Below, piece after piece: positions 30,393 through 45,686 of a stretch of 64,000 nt of DNA (its first letter is position 1; each line of letters opens with the position of its first letter). The position numbers and the translations under genes are program-made. A model generated the notes under the pieces. The model searched no databases, was not told the origin of the DNA, and was given only the letters and a program-made list of their open reading frames with translations. The stretch comes from Chrysomallon squamiferum (lineage: Eukaryota; Animalia; Mollusca), in NCBI GenBank assembly GCA_012295275.1, contig CM022677.1, positions 11,346,001 to 11,410,000 of the forward strand, read 5' to 3'.

Positions 30393-31568
30393 TTAAAGAC
30401 ATCTAATTTTTTTCATAGGCATCTTTAAAAGTTGATTCATTATTCAACTTGTTAGGTACGTACTACCAATTAATGAAAAATTAAGCTTATTATTTATTTA
30501 TTTATTTATTATGCAAAATAAAATGATCTAATATTGTTAATTAAAAAATAACACTTGTATTTTTCAATAAACTGTGTTTTCAGTACATAATATTATATCT
30601 GCCCCTCTGTTTACAACATAAAACATGTAACATAAATAGTGATGGCGGTACTGAAGATGCGTGTTATTATAAGTAAGTAAACATTCTCTTTCTTCTTGTA
30701 GATGTAGATTTCTTTCTTTCTACGGATGGGTCCCTCCATGGGTGTCCATGGGCAAAACCGTCTTCCCGTGTGTAGTGGTCCAACAAGCACGGCATGACAG
30801 TTGACATGATGCGAAAAGCAGCTCAAACCACAAATTGAAAAAAAAAAAAAAAAAAACGATGAATATAAAGCTGATAATAATTATTAAAACACTATGTTAT
30901 TTACTAAACATCATAAACGTGAAGAATGTGAACATGGTGATCAGTAAATATAATCATTGAAATTTAGATTAATTTATTACAATAATCGGACATCTCGGCT
31001 CCTGGTTTTGTGTCGGTTTCAACAGGAAGACATATCTTTCCGGTAGACATACCTAAAATAACATGAATTACTTGGGAAATAAAAAAATAAAAAAAATTAT
31101 TGATGACAATAGTTAAAAAATAAATTATAATAAGATTTAAATCACTGAAAATTTTGTGCTTAGAAATTAGAATGTATACGAAGCATACACTCGATATTAT
31201 AAAATGTTTATTTTTATATCGATCGGAGTTGAAAATAAAAATTAATACTCGGCTAACTTCGTTTTCACGTTCGTGTCTATGGCGTCATCAATGCTTTGTT
31301 TACATAGCTACAGTTGGCGATATTGAAGATCAGCGCTATCCTGTTTCTTATATTGTTAATATACACTTGTCAAAATATGTTTATTTTTACATAAAATAAC
31401 AACAACAATCAATTACAGATAGTGTTTCGAATGTTTTTATTTAAAAAGAATAAAGGAGTGTCAAACATATCTCATTATCTGACAACTATTATTTTATTAA
31501 TTCTTCAGGTCCAAAAATATTTAGTGAATGGTTTCTATAAAATACTTGAACAGTTCTGTTGTTTTCAG

Positions 31569-31707
31569 AATCCGTTTCGAAGATCCCATGGACGTCGACC
31601 CCTTCGACGACAGAGACATTCAGCCAATGGAGGTTGACCCATTCGACGACAGAGACATTCAACCAATGGAGGTTGACCCATTTGAGGAACCCATGGATAC
31701 ATCCTGA
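31569..31707 (+). CDS. Right-arm copy of the PMEVD-repeat exon (2 units); candidate ATG exon deleted
   Basis: gttttcag|a atc cgt ttc... gives IRFEDPMDVDPFDDRDIQPMEVDPFDDRDIQPMEVDPFEEPMDTS*. Upstream sequence jumps at ~31330 from the promoter-like block into intron sequence. An in-exon ATG (MDVDP) remains. Confidence 0.4.
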
Positions 31708-33333
31708 GTATCATAATAAAATATGTTAAAACGTTATTATTTTTCGCAAATATTCTCCACTTTCATATTAGACACAGTTATACTGCGAATAAGTAAACAT
31801 GACATTATATAATAAATAAACATTTTTCTTTTCTTCTTGTACAGGTGGATTTCTTTGGTTCTCCCGATCGTTCACGTCCAATGCAAGGACACCGACGTCC
31901 ATGGGCTCCGCCCTCTTCCCGTGTGTAGCGGGCCACGTGAAAAGCACGACCTGGAGCTGACTGGAAGCGAAAAGCAGCTCAAAGCATGAACTGGCAAAAA
32001 CAACTGATGAACACAAAAGTTGACAAAACGTTTCAAACACGAAACATCATAAACGTGTAAATCATGCCAGTCATTTATATCTTGATTAGATATATATTTT
32101 TACATTTGTGCTAATGTCTGAAAAGTAATTGTGAAAACCTTTGAATCCATCATTCCCTCTTTTTATCCTTTTATTATTTTCCCAATTCTTCTTTGCACCA
32201 AAGTGTCTCTTTATTGGTCAACCTGTGGTGTAGCTTAATCTCGCACCTGCTCACCTCTTTCTAACATAGAAACAGACTTTAATGAAGAAATCATTTGATT
32301 GTTTTACTCATATACATGTGCCCATTACCTGTCTAACTAACCATTTATTCATCACTATCCTCTCTCTGTCTGTCTGTCTATATCTATATTTACTTATATA
32401 ATTATGTCTCATTCTCTGAAAAATCAATAGCGAGGTCAGTACCTGTTCTCTCTCTATAACACACAAACACATATAACCATACCTACATATCAGTCTCTCT
32501 CAGTCTAGTTATCTAACTGTAATCTAACACCCATATAAACATACTCTTATTCATACATTCAGTTATATACCAATCCTCTAACATAATACAAATACTCATG
32601 ATTATGAATCGATGTATCTATGTTGTTTGTGTGTGTGTCCAGCCATCCATCTATATCGCCGTCTATAACACACACATATATACACATAAACCTATTCACT
32701 CATGTATTTATTTATTTATATTTAATCTATTATCTCTCATATCAATCATCTGACTCTCTCAAAAATCCACAAAAAGCACACTATCTTTGACACACATTTA
32801 TGTACCCATTCTCTCTAATACATATATTTATGCATCATCAGTTAATCTATGTTAGCTGTATATATATATATATATCTATATATGTTCCTAATTATTGTCT
32901 ACCTAACATATCAATCTATGTTAGCTGTATATATATATCTATATATGTACCTAATTATTGTCTACCTAACATATCAATCTATATCTGAAGCGATGTCTGT
33001 CTCTATATCAATCTATCTCACCTTCTCAGTTATACATAGTCACAGTCTCTCTTGCACTCCCACACACACACAAACGTACATATACACCCTCTCTATTTAC
33101 ATCCTTTTTAGGTATTTAAATACACTCTTTCTATCTAGTTATCTATCTATAATTATATTTATTTATTTATCTATTTATGCCATGTACATAAGAAACAGAG
33201 TCCGTCGTTCTTACAGATGTGCAGGTATATATAGTCATGCCTCCTTGCATTTATCTATCTTTCTAGTAATCTATCTACCTTTCTTCTATCAATTTACCTG
33301 TCTGTTACCATCTACAATCTATCCACTCTTTTT

Positions 33334-33379
<46 letters not shown>

Positions 33380-33744
33380 TAGTTTCTTTTCTTTTTATAT
33401 ACATATACATACTAATCATCTTCCTAAAATACAAATACATTATCATACACGTGTGTGTATGTATGTATGTATGTATGTATGTATGTATGTATGTATGTAT
33501 GTATGTATGTATGTATGTATGTGTGTATATCTATATGGATAGATCCATCCGTCCAACCAACGTCAGTGAAACTTATTTATTTCATTTTAATTTATTTTAT
33601 TTCAATTACTTTATTTTATTTTTATTTATTTACTTATTTTTTTTAATTTTAATTTTTATTTTTTTTAATTTTTTTTTTTGGTTGACGATGTCCTAATAAA
33701 AAGTGAAAAAAAAAAAATAGTACGAAATGGGTACGAGATGGTAT

Positions 33745-34016
33745 ATTACGTCAACGTCAGAAAAAAAAAAAAGAATAAAAAAAAGAAATGTTACCACATT
33801 TTCAGCAATTACTATAGTGTATTAGCCATCTATGTATAAGAGGCATTGGTTATATGATATACTTCTCCAAATTACTTTTAATGATCCATGTAGAATTATT
33901 GCATTTAATTATTGCATATAAAGGTCTACATGTTTAAAAGTGTGTAAATATTGATCGGCGTTCGATTCTGCCATCTTGGATTCCGATCGGAAGTTTCAGT
34001 GAGGTCACGGAAGTTT
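33745..34016 (-). promoter_or_regulatory. Promoter-like module, copy 4 (mirror of copy 1)
   Basis: ttacgtca ~33746, ctgccatcttg ~33968, cggaagt twice (~33988 and ~34008). Confidence 0.4.
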
Positions 34017-34588
34017 TTAAACTTCCAAATACAATTATTTTACGTCTACTTTCTGAACTTTTTATCATTTACACTGATAAAGATGGTTGTTCATATTAAA
34101 AAACACCTTTCCTAACTACTTTTTTCAACTAAAATAAATGAAATAAATAAATAAAGTAAATAAAATAAAATTAAATGAAAAACATTAAATGAAATAGCAA
34201 TTTTACAATAATTCATCAAATAATAACATCTCGTTAAATAAACCAAAAATACAGCAAACTGCTTAGTTAAAAGACAAAGAAAACGCAGGGAATGTTAATA
34301 AGCTGGTTCTGTCTGCTACAAAACATTATACAGAATTAGTTATTTTCATCTAAAAGCAGCAAATCTAATTTACCGTCACCTCGCATATGCGAGGAGTAAT
34401 CTGTTTCAGAAGTTCGTGGTCTAAGAGAAACAACTCTATTTAACACGCACATTGGTAAATATACAAAAAAGACTGACTGTTGAGTAAAATTAAAATAAAA
34501 GAAATAAAAGAAAATAATAATTCCAGTCGCCTGAATATAGATCATTCACTGAATTTACTATATTCACTAAAATTATTTTATTTAAAAC

Positions 34589-35281
34589 TAGTAGTAATTT
34601 GGGGTAATTCTGGCCTCAGGGCAATTCTGGCCTCCGAGGTATATTAAGACTTGCATCCACTATACTGGATTTTGAGGTTTCAAAAGTGAGTATTATTTTT
34701 TTAGTCCTATAGACATAAGGTTAGTGATAAATTATAACAGGTAAACATATAATCGCTTTTTAAGTTCAGTAGAAGAAACTTGATTAATATGGCAAGAAAT
34801 ATACTTTTTATTTTACTCCACCACTTGGGGCAATAAAATCAAACGGATGAGGTATGCCGAGGCACTGACAGAAGAAGAAAGTGTCAAGAGGTATGAAGAA
34901 GAGTTGGCAGAGGAGAAGAAGAAGGAGGAAGAAAAGGCAAAGAAAGCAAATGTTTTAGAGGCAAAATTAAAAAAAAAAAAAAAAAAGTTACCAAAGTCAA
35001 AACGGCAGTTCAATTTCAATGCTACAGCAGAACCGGTGGATGCAGCCAAAGAAAACGTTGATGGTGATGAGCCTGAACTTGAAGACAGAGATGTAGTAGA
35101 TACACAAGAAAAATGTGAATTTTGTGACAGAGTTGATGATGGAATGAATTCTGACGAGTTCATAGGATGTGACGGGTTCCCAAATTGGTATTGTCTTGAT
35201 TCTTGCGCAAATCTTGAAATCCCAGCTGGTGCAGACTTTAAAGATATTGCATTCTTGTGTGATATTTGTCAAGGAGTTTAG
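34589..35281 (+). mobile_element. Mirror copy of the pogo-like PHD transposon remnant
   Basis: tagtagtaatttggggtaattctggcctcagggcaattctggcctccgagg at ~34589-34639. ORF 34847-35281 RYAEALTEEESVKRYEEELAEEKKKEEEK...CEFC...IGCDGFPNWYCLDSC...FLCDIC; the 'LT-EE' plus coil plus PHD layout is typical of DDE_1/pogo transposase C-termini. Confidence 0.62.
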
Positions 35282-37059
35282 TTTATTGAAGTTTTGAGTT
35301 TGACTTGTATTATGATTAGGACTAATTATTTTAATTAGTATTATTGCAATTAGTGTTGTTGTTTTTATCGTTAATACCGTTATGTCAGTATTACAGTCTT
35401 ATTATTAAAGAAAGAAACAATGATCAACAAATAAATAGAGAGATAGACACACACACACACAGACACAGACACACACATAGAAAAGAAATAGTTTGGTATA
35501 CGTGTTTGCCTTAGAGGGTAGTTATATACGAAAGTTCATATCAGTGAGATGGTGTTTATGTATATAGTTAAATAATAGACAGATAGATACATTGATTGAC
35601 ATAGAGATAGATAGACATTTTACATAAATGAACTTGTAAGAAAATGCTTGTACATGCATTACTATATAATATCACATTAACCTGGCTTTTCACAACTTTT
35701 CTTTTAATGGTAATTTATATTATTCAGTTCAGTTTTTTTTTTTTTTTATCTTTCTGTGTGTCTGCATGTATGTCTATGGATTTATCTCTATATATGTCTG
35801 TCTGTCTCATTCTCCATCTATCTGTCTGTCTATTTGTCTATCCACCTACCTATCTACCTCTCAGATTACAGTGATAAGTGCAGGTAGCTGTAATTAAAAC
35901 TTCAGTAAAAGAAATGATAAACACTGCAGAAAACATTGATAAGAAAGCAGCGATGATATTTTATCTCACTGGGAGGATTCTGTGTATGCCTAAAATACTG
36001 AAGGATCTTAAATATTAATATTATTAACATTAATACATTTATTTATTTGTCCCTATAATGATGAACGCTGTTTACCACATATAATGTAACTGAACTACAA
36101 TATTTATAGTTTATTTGCTTCAACCGGACCTGTTTATAGTAATACATTTAAATTCAGCGAAAGAACCGTAATATTTTACATTTATATATAGTTCTCTAGA
36201 TTATATCTACTTGAATATTAATTGTCTAATTATCAATTTAATTTTTAGGGGAGATAACAGAATATCACTTTCTATAGTTAATTAAGAATTAATCTGTAAT
36301 AGCGCAGTATATTTACAGAACTTGTGTTATAATAAACAAGATTCATCTCGCGCATCCTCGCCTTTTCACTTTACTTTTAATAATAAAAACGTCTATTAAT
36401 GTATCTCTATATTCTAGACTTTTCTAGTATTTAAGAAAGATGTACTTGCAAATATCAATAACATGGTGAAGTTAATTCATCTTAATCTAGCCTCTCACCT
36501 CTCAACTGCAATTCTACTATCTCAATAATAAAAAAATGAGAATAATACGCATTATTAAACGTTGATTCATTATTCATCTTGTTAGATACGTTATACCTGT
36601 TAATGAAAAATTAAGCTTATTATTAGCAGAATTTATTTATTTATTTATTTAATTATTTATTTGTTTTATTATGCAAAATAAAATTATCTAATATTGTTAA
36701 TTAAAAAACAATACCTCTATTTTTCAATACACTGTGTTTTCAATACATAATATTACCGCTACGCCTCTGTTTACAACATAAAACATGTAACATAAATAGT
36801 GATGGCGGTACTGAAGTTGAATCTTATTTTCATAACGCCGTGTAAAATTACTCCTACTTAGCTGTTCTGTGAAACAAGTTCTGTTAATAAAAAATCACAT
36901 TAGTATGGAAGCGTTCTCGATATTCATATATAATTCTACTGTTGTTTATAAAAACACGCTAACCTGGAAGCCCAATCTACATTTCTGAATGTACACTGCA
37001 TTTTCGCAGTAAAATCACACCTGTAATGTTTACTATAATGCTACAGTACACACAAAAAA

Positions 37060-38470
37060 ACAACAACAACAACAACAACGACAACGACAACAACAAAAGT
37101 AATATAAAGAAAAGAAAATGTTAATCTTTATTTGATTTCTTTACTTCTCAATATCCATAACTCTTGAAAAGTTAACATCATCGCTCCAGTCTGGATGTCA
37201 ATAGATTTTATGACGTAGCTATAGCTTCACACAGACAAATACACTGGAGATATCCACTTTTTAATCCTCTTTATTGACAAACAAACAGATAAAAATAAAA
37301 AAAAGAAGAAAAAAACGGAGAATGAGCGAAACAATTATTTTGATAATAATAATAATAATAAAATAAATAAATAAATAAATAAAATATTTAAATAAATAAA
37401 TAAATAAAAAAAATTTTTTATGATTAAAAAACATTTTTTATGATTTAGTATGTAGGTGAGAGGTGTATAGTGAACATATTAAATGGGCTTCTGGATTTTT
37501 TATTATTTTATTTTTTAATCCAATGTAGGATTATACTTGAAAAGGTGAGAAGAGGATAGATTAATAATATGACATGTTATAACTTGACACATTACTTACA
37601 TTTACTAGTGCAGAATGCGCAAGATAAATATTTTGTTTTATAGAAGATCACTGGATAATCAGAATTATTGCGCGCGCTTATGGATTAACGTCATTTTTTA
37701 TTGACTGTATTAGAGATTATACAAGAAAAAAAATCAGATTTATTATTACAGATAAAACTAAACATCTAAAACCGTGAATAAAAAACAGAAAATACTATTA
37801 TGCAGCGAAATAGAGAGTTATGTACTCTTTTTTCAACAGTAGAGTTAACACATAGTGAGTTAGATTTCCAGATTCATATTATTAACAAAAGGCTTAATTT
37901 TGTTTTCGTTTTATTATTTTTTCTCTCTCTCTCTCTTCCTGACAGTAGTAGTAATAGAAGAAAAAAGTATTTGTTTACTTCCAGACAAAGCGTTATATGT
38001 ATTTTAGGAAATATACTTTTTCTAAGCAGAAGAACGATGAACGTGATTTTCAATAATTACACCACAGACTGTGTTTTTAATTATATTTTTCTGGTCATTA
38101 ATATTTAACCAGAATATTTTAAGAAATGTGGTACTTGCTCGTCCTATACAACGGCGAGTGTTTTGTGAAGAAACGTTTGGGTGAAACTTGTTAAGACAAG
38201 TTTGGCTGTACAGACGTGTAGCTGACTGTCTGGATAACACGTGTTTCAGTAAAAATTCTGCTGCCAACTTTGTTCTTCCAAAAGTCAAGTCAATACAAAT
38301 CGTATTTGAGTATTTACTGAAACATGAAACTTTGACGTACAGTGTAGTTTTCTATGGACAAACTGCTGGACGGAATTTACGTTCTATAAATTAACAAGAT
38401 TTCAGTTTTATAAACTGAGATTCAACCAAAAATAGCTTGAATTATTTACATTGATTTTCTTTAACTGAAA

Positions 38471-38517
<47 letters not shown>

Positions 38518-40232
38518 GTAAATAAATAAATAAATATAATTTTAATTTTAATATCGCCTGCACAATTTATATAATGGATGTTAATAGTATGTATCATTAT
38601 ACATGTATTTGAGATGATGCTAGTTTAATCTGATATTTTAAAAGCTTCAGGTAATATTGTATTTTTTATGATGCAAAATAGAGGTAAAACATAACAAAAC
38701 ATCACGTTATTTTCACCAAGTATCAATAAACGTCGCTGGTTTTATATATAAAATGTGAATTACGTCGCGTTTTACAAAACAGAAAACTTCGCTTCTCTCT
38801 GTGAATTTTAATTTTAATGTCCTTTGCTTTGCAAATTTATTCATTACTATCTTCAAATTTTATGATTCAAGTAAATTGTAACTTCTCACGTGTTCAGTAT
38901 TAATTTTTAATTATTTTTTTGTTTGCTGTAGAGAAGAAACTATAACTCAGTTTAACAGAAAACTATTTCACAACAGAGGATTCCCCTGTATATCTAGTCA
39001 CTAAGTTATTTATTTCTGAATTTAGAAGTCAAGCCCTGAATGCCACTATAAAATAAGAGGTCAGATCCATATAAATGTGATATTTGATTAACAGCAGAAG
39101 ATTACATTAATTCACGTTAATACATCAAACCAGCGACGTTTGTATTATAAACTGATACTGAGTGAAAATAACGTGATGTTTTATTATATTTTCCTCTGTT
39201 TGCATCATAAAAAATACTGATAATTTCACGTACATTTTATTCTACTAGGAGAAATCTTATATTAGTTAGTATTATACTTTGTAAGTTACATTATAGACAA
39301 TATGCCTGTCCACCTCATCTAGTGTTTTATGAGATATGAGGATAGTTTTAGTTAGCTAGACGAAATATATCATTTATTTCATCCTGCTAAAACATAACAA
39401 TAATGTCTTTACTGTCAAGTAAATAATAATGTTTCTCCTCCAGTTATCAGTAAAATTTTACCTGAAGCTTTTATAATATCAGATTAAACTGCCGCCTTCT
39501 CATTTACATAATACGACTAATATGATATAAATATCCAATCTCCATTATTTAAATTGTGCAGTCCGTATTAAAATTAAAATCATATTTGTTTATTTATTTA
39601 TTTATGTTTTTAAAATAAAAACGAGTACAATAATACTTAAAATGATAAATAAAATAATAATTAAGAAAGACTACTTAAACCAGGATAAAAAGAAAAAAGT
39701 AAGAAAAGAAATAAAATGATTATTTCAGGCATATCTTTTTTTATACTAGATCATGCTATGTTTGACTGAATCTCAGTTTATTCATATAAAACTGAAATCT
39801 TATTTGTTCATAGAACGTAAACTCTGTCCAGTGTCACAAATTACGACTAGAAAACAACATTGTACGTCAAAGTTTCTTGTTTTAGTAAACACTCAGATAC
39901 AAGTTTTATCATGACTCGCCACTGATTTTTGAAAGAACAAAACTGGACAGCAGATTTGTTTAGTACGTCTGAACAGTCCGACTTGTCTTCACAACTTTCA
40001 CAAAAAACGTTTCTTCACAAAACACACGCCATTGTACAGGACGAATAAGTATCACATTTCTTAAAGTTTACTGGTTAAATATTAATTACCAGAAAATTAA
40101 AAACACAGGCTGTGGTGTAATTATTGAAAATCACGTTCATCTTTCTCCATCTCACTGTCTCCAGCTTAGAAAAAGTATTTATCTAAAATATACCCAGCGC
40201 ATTTCCTGGAATTTAAAAGTGATATTTTCTTC
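37060..40232. repeat. Mirror copy of the nested fold-back (arms ~37060-38760 and ~39105-40232, second arm truncated)
   Basis: 37060-38750 is a direct paralogue of 1-1770. 38700-38745 is inverted against 39130-39180, and 38040-38180 against 40005-40140. Confidence 0.88.
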
Positions 40233-40547
40233 TGTACATATCTGGATGGAGATAAGTCTTGAGAAAGTAAGAACAGAAAAAATTCAGAACGTATCTCGGT
40301 TAGAACTTTATGACTATGAAATACACGGTAGAGAATTATCTGCTAAAGACTGCTAAAGAAGAGATTCTGCATTTCTCACCGAAAATTGTTCTCTATCATG
40401 ATTATAAAAGTGATGCTGAAATTTAAGACATTAACACAGTTTCTATGCCACTTTAAAAACATCTGAAATCAGTTGTTATCAAAAGCAGCTTTTGCAATTA
40501 ATGTTAAAGTTGGAGGTCATGACAGAGAAAGAAATATAAAAACAAAT

Positions 40548-40578
<31 letters not shown>

Positions 40579-42270
40579 CGCTGTCATCAATGACAGACTG
40601 TTTATCCTCAACATTTATAATGAAACAATATTCCAGGTTTATGTTATTTTAATCTTTAGAAATCTGCACTCTGTGTAAAACGGTATATCACGTTGGTCTC
40701 AAAGGATCATCCGGTTTTGACAGCGTGCACTGTATTTATTTTTATTGTTTATATTTTAGTCATTTATCACATATTTATAGATATAGTATATTCTTTATAG
40801 TATGTAAACTGATATTCCTGGAACGTACCTACACATTTACATTTATTACTCATTATACAGCTATATACGACGTTTCGTTATCAGCGATTTTCTGTGGTGT
40901 GCAATGACTTACACCGAGAACCCCACAAACAGAAGAAAGAAAGAAACTATAGCTGAAGGGAGATTACTCTCATATAATCATATAATTTTTTATTTCGGGT
41001 GGAAGCGGGATTTCTACTTTTATTTGCGGTGTTTGTTATTTATGTTTTTTTCAGTTAAATGTAGATTCTATGAATCACGAAGAATTGACTTCTTTATTAT
41101 GTACAGGTAATGGTAGAACATTACTTTCTTAAAATGTTTTTTGCTATTTTCGGGTGTCTTTTCCTGGCGCGCTGAAATGTTAAATAGAAACATTTGAAAT
41201 TTAATAAGTTTTAATATATTTGTGAAATTTCAATTGTACTGTGGTAACATTTCTTTTGATTACACCCCAATACAAACATCTTTTAAATCATTGTATCAAA
41301 CGAAACGTGTTTGGTGGCATCCTAGGCATGAGCCATACATTATATATGTCACTGTTCTGATTTATGTTTGTGGGCTTCTTTTTATTCCTGTTTGTTTATT
41401 TCTCCATTGTTCTAAGAAACACTGAAAACATTTCAACTTTTGAGACCATTTCAAATGAAATAAAATTCAAATATGATTCTTATCTCACCTTTATCAGGAT
41501 GTGGATCAAGCAATTTTTCTGTTGGGATTTTAATTCGGTAGCTTTAAAATAAAATAAAATAAATAAATAAATAATAACAACAACAATAAAATAATAAAAA
41601 CGGCATACACGCACACAAACTCACATACTGATACCTAAACTAACATTTATTTTTATAAATACAACACATTGTAAAACAATGAAATTCTTTTGCTAAAAAC
41701 TATTGAAATAAGCTATCGTTTTCTTCAAAACGATTGTTTCCTTCAGCCATGGATTTCTATTTAAAAATGACGAAATAATGTTCAACTAAAGATTTCCAGT
41801 GACGTAGAAAGATCGGCGGGAAATATAAATCTGTCTTCTAGAAATTCTATATTGAGAAAAGATCAAACCCAACGTTAGGCCTATAATTCCCATAAATATT
41901 TTAAACTACCATCAATGTTTTGCCCGCACACGCTCACGCACAGTCTTATACAGAGTGTCCGGTTGGATACAGAAGTATTCGGTATTGTACAGAAAGACAC
42001 TTCTAGAACAATGCAGTTATAAATATATTTAAAACATTTCAAAAACTGTTTACATAGTATCCTTTTTTATATCTATAAATAAAAGTGTAATCTCTCAAAA
42101 CATTTTTGGACAAAATCATTACCGCACTGGCTGCTACACCATCATATTTTGTATAAAAACAAATGTATATCGCCAAATATAACAATTAAATCTGGGTTTT
42201 TGTTCTATCAAAGACGTATGGAATGTTCTGTTACGGTTGTCTTCGTTCGCAAAAGTTAAATTTTTATTAC

Positions 42271-42355
<85 letters not shown>

Positions 42356-43779
42356 GTCATTGTTATTGTTATATACATACTAGTGGTAATATAGGCCAAA
42401 TAGATGAACATTATTAATTAATTAATGTATTCATTTATCATTACTATTATTATTATTAGTAGTAGTAGTAGTAGTATTGAAATAAACCATGTAGACTGTC
42501 TAAAAACCTTTTTATGAGGATGCTAATGATTTACCTTTTATTTATTTAGATTTTGCCTTGAAAGTGAACACCTTCCAATCTTTCTTATGTTTAATGTATT
42601 TATTTTTATAGCAGGAAAATTTGTAATTCACATGCTATAACATGAACAGAAGTTTAAATGTTTAACAACAAATGTAAAGAAAGCTAACAAACGGTTGAGA
42701 AATGGAAAAATGATGAGTTAATTTTACTTGAATTATTTCAGTAGCTGTTTTCATTTGTCACCAGTAATCTATGTTTAGTTACAACGGGAAGGTCTACGTT
42801 GTTCAAGGCCACCGAGAGACGTCCTGTCCGTCTCTTTACAATAATATCTTACGTCTACAAATCGTGCTGGATGGGTATTGAAATTACTTCTGAATTTTAT
42901 TACACTGTATAAAAATTATCATGTAAATCATATTTATTTTTAATCTTCGCTGAATTTACACATCGATAACAAAATAAGACGCAAGTTTTATAATGTCTGT
43001 ATTATTTAAATGAGAAATTAAAATTAGAGATTATCAGTTATATTATTGAATAAACATTGAATTTCATTCTAGATTAACTTACCTGACATATTCTTAATTA
43101 CATAATTTGAAAAATTTGAATTTTAGATTAATCATGTAATTTCAGGTAGGGAGAGATGTAAATTGTGTCGCGGAATGTCATGTTACTGCGGTCATAAAAC
43201 AAAGTATCACATTGTGACACTGAAAGGTGCACAGTTAATTTTCAGTAACATCAATACAGTAATAAATACAGTATTCATCTAGCACTTCACGCGTTTATTA
43301 TTATTAATAATAAAATAACTTATTATTAAAGACCATAATTTTTCAGTATATAAGATTAATAAGATTAATATTAATGTTGAAAGCAGATTTTCATATTGAG
43401 ATATTAAGCTTCTATCTTACGTTAACTTTACAAAATTATACAAAATATAAATACTACTGTATGTGTGTGTGTGTGTGTGCGTGTCTTCATATCCATCTGT
43501 CTGTATAAAAATGTAAAATTATCCTATTTAAATATATTTTGTAAATATGAATGTGTAAGAAAAATGCCTTTTATAAACTGCGAATGTGAAAAAAGAACTC
43601 AATAGTTTTATTGAAATATACGCAAACTAATAAAAATATGTTCCTTATATCATTCAGGTCTTTTGTTTTATGATTTACATTCAGCGATCACGTGTGTTAA
43701 GATACTTTACATTATCCTCACTTGAAGAAATCACAGTTGTTTTCACATGAGTGTTTACAATAATCATGTTCTATGAAAA

Positions 43780-45221
43780 AGGATATATTGTCAGAGATAG
43801 GGTTGATGCTGAAGTGTGCACTTGTTTACCCAACACACATGTTTTTCTCTGTATAGATATTTCTCTGTACAGAAGACAGCAGGTACAGATCTAGGGTGTG
43901 GTGTGTTAACATATTTGTGTGATGAGAAAATACCCCAAATGTTCTCTTGCTCCTCTACCATATAACACTTTCCATTTATCTGTCACACACTGCCTGAAAT
44001 AAAAAATAAACAGTTACCAAGTAAAAATTCTCAAACAGATAGTCATAGAATTTTATGCTACTTTAAAATAATGCGAATGAGAGACAAAGCGAGAAAGGTA
44101 TAATGAGAGAGAGAGAGAAAAAAAAAAAGAAGATGATCAAAGAGAAAGATATAAAAAAACAAGTGAAACAGAAAATGTACGAAAAAAACATTCAAAAAAA
44201 TAAAATGTGAGTGAAATATTGAACACACACACACACACACACACACATACACACACACAAATGTATGCACACATTTTTAACAGTGCTCTTATGGTTAATC
44301 TTTAAACTAACAGGCTCAGAAATCACATCCTGGCCTTAAATAAATAATAACTGAGATTACCAAAAACACTTCTTATTAAAAACACTTCAGTGAAAACAAC
44401 TAAGATAAAGATCACACAAAAATCTAATAAAAATATGATTTCCTTTATAAACTTTGGTCTGAGTATTTTATCAGCACATAAATATCAGTATCAGTCTGTG
44501 TGAATTAACAATATTTTATCATATTATTCTGTATCAGAAAATGTGGAATAGAGGATTAAAAAACTCATACAAACAGGATGGTAGAAATTGTTATTTTCTG
44601 TATCAGAACACTGGATAGAGGCAACAATCATCAGTTAAGTTGCATGGTTGAAATTATCATTCTTTGTATCAGAAAATGTTCTATAGAGCATTTTTGAAAT
44701 CATTTTCTATGAAGCAGAACTGACATTCATTCATTCATTCATTCGTACAGTTTGAAAAAACAATGGTTATCAAAAATGTTATTTAAAGATAAGCTTTCAT
44801 CCCTGTCCATTTCACAAAAAGAACTGATATAATTTTATGAGCACATAATACCAATACACATAATTACAAATGAAAGAATATATTTTTTTAAGTTTTAATT
44901 TATTTTTATCTGTTAACATTATTATTATATTATTTGTTTTGTTATATGTGAGCCTTTCAGTGTACATGGAGGCAAAAACAAAGTACTTTGTTTGAACCTA
45001 GGTAATATAATTATGCATAACTTCATGAACAGGGAAAGACAATGAAAGGAAGAAAGAAAGTGAAAGAGAGAATCAGAGAGGCTAGGAGAAAATTAGAAAT
45101 AGTGAGAGAGAAATAAAAATATTATCACTATACCTGACTTTTGCCTCCTGTTCTGTACTTTTAATATCATCAACCTTTATGTTAATTCTTGACACTATGA
45201 CTGGTTGTCCAAATATCTTAC
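43780..45221 (-). other. Candidate spliced exons of an unidentified minus-strand gene or pseudogene
   Basis: 88-nt exon 45221-45134 (ttttgttatctag | ... | gtatag), open as KIFGQPVIVSRINIKVDDIKSTEQEAKV. Strong acceptor gtttattttttatttcag at 43994 continues in phase as RQCVTDKWKVLYGRGAREHLGYFLITQIC*. No family recognised. Confidence 0.3.
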
Positions 45222-45655
45222 CTAGATAACAAAACAGATTTTTCTTAATTATTCATAATAATCATTGTTAGTGTTAAAGAACAATGTTACAGTTGGGAGA
45301 AATATGTACAGAAAAAAATTGCCGAAACAGATAGATAGTTACAGATTATATGTTTAGACATACATACAGGTAGATAGACATATAGATGTACATATATAGA
45401 TAAACAGACTAAGTTACATAAAGTCGCAGATTTACAGACAGACAGCATGTTAGAAAGACCGATAAATATAAAACAAAAGAATACAGAGGTACATAGATAT
45501 ATTTATTCAGAAAGTAAAATTATTTAGAGACTGGTAGATATTGGGTAGATAGCTAGGTTGATGATGTAGACCAAGAGACAGACAGACAGACACATGTTAT
45601 GGTAGACATACACCGGTAAATAGATATTTAGTTAATATAACTAGGCAGATATAAC

Positions 45656-45686
<31 letters not shown>

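Noticed and set aside
41949-42112. Tc1/mariner MITE starting tacagagtgtcc
   Set aside because: Only one TIR-like end; the partner is too degenerate to support a call.
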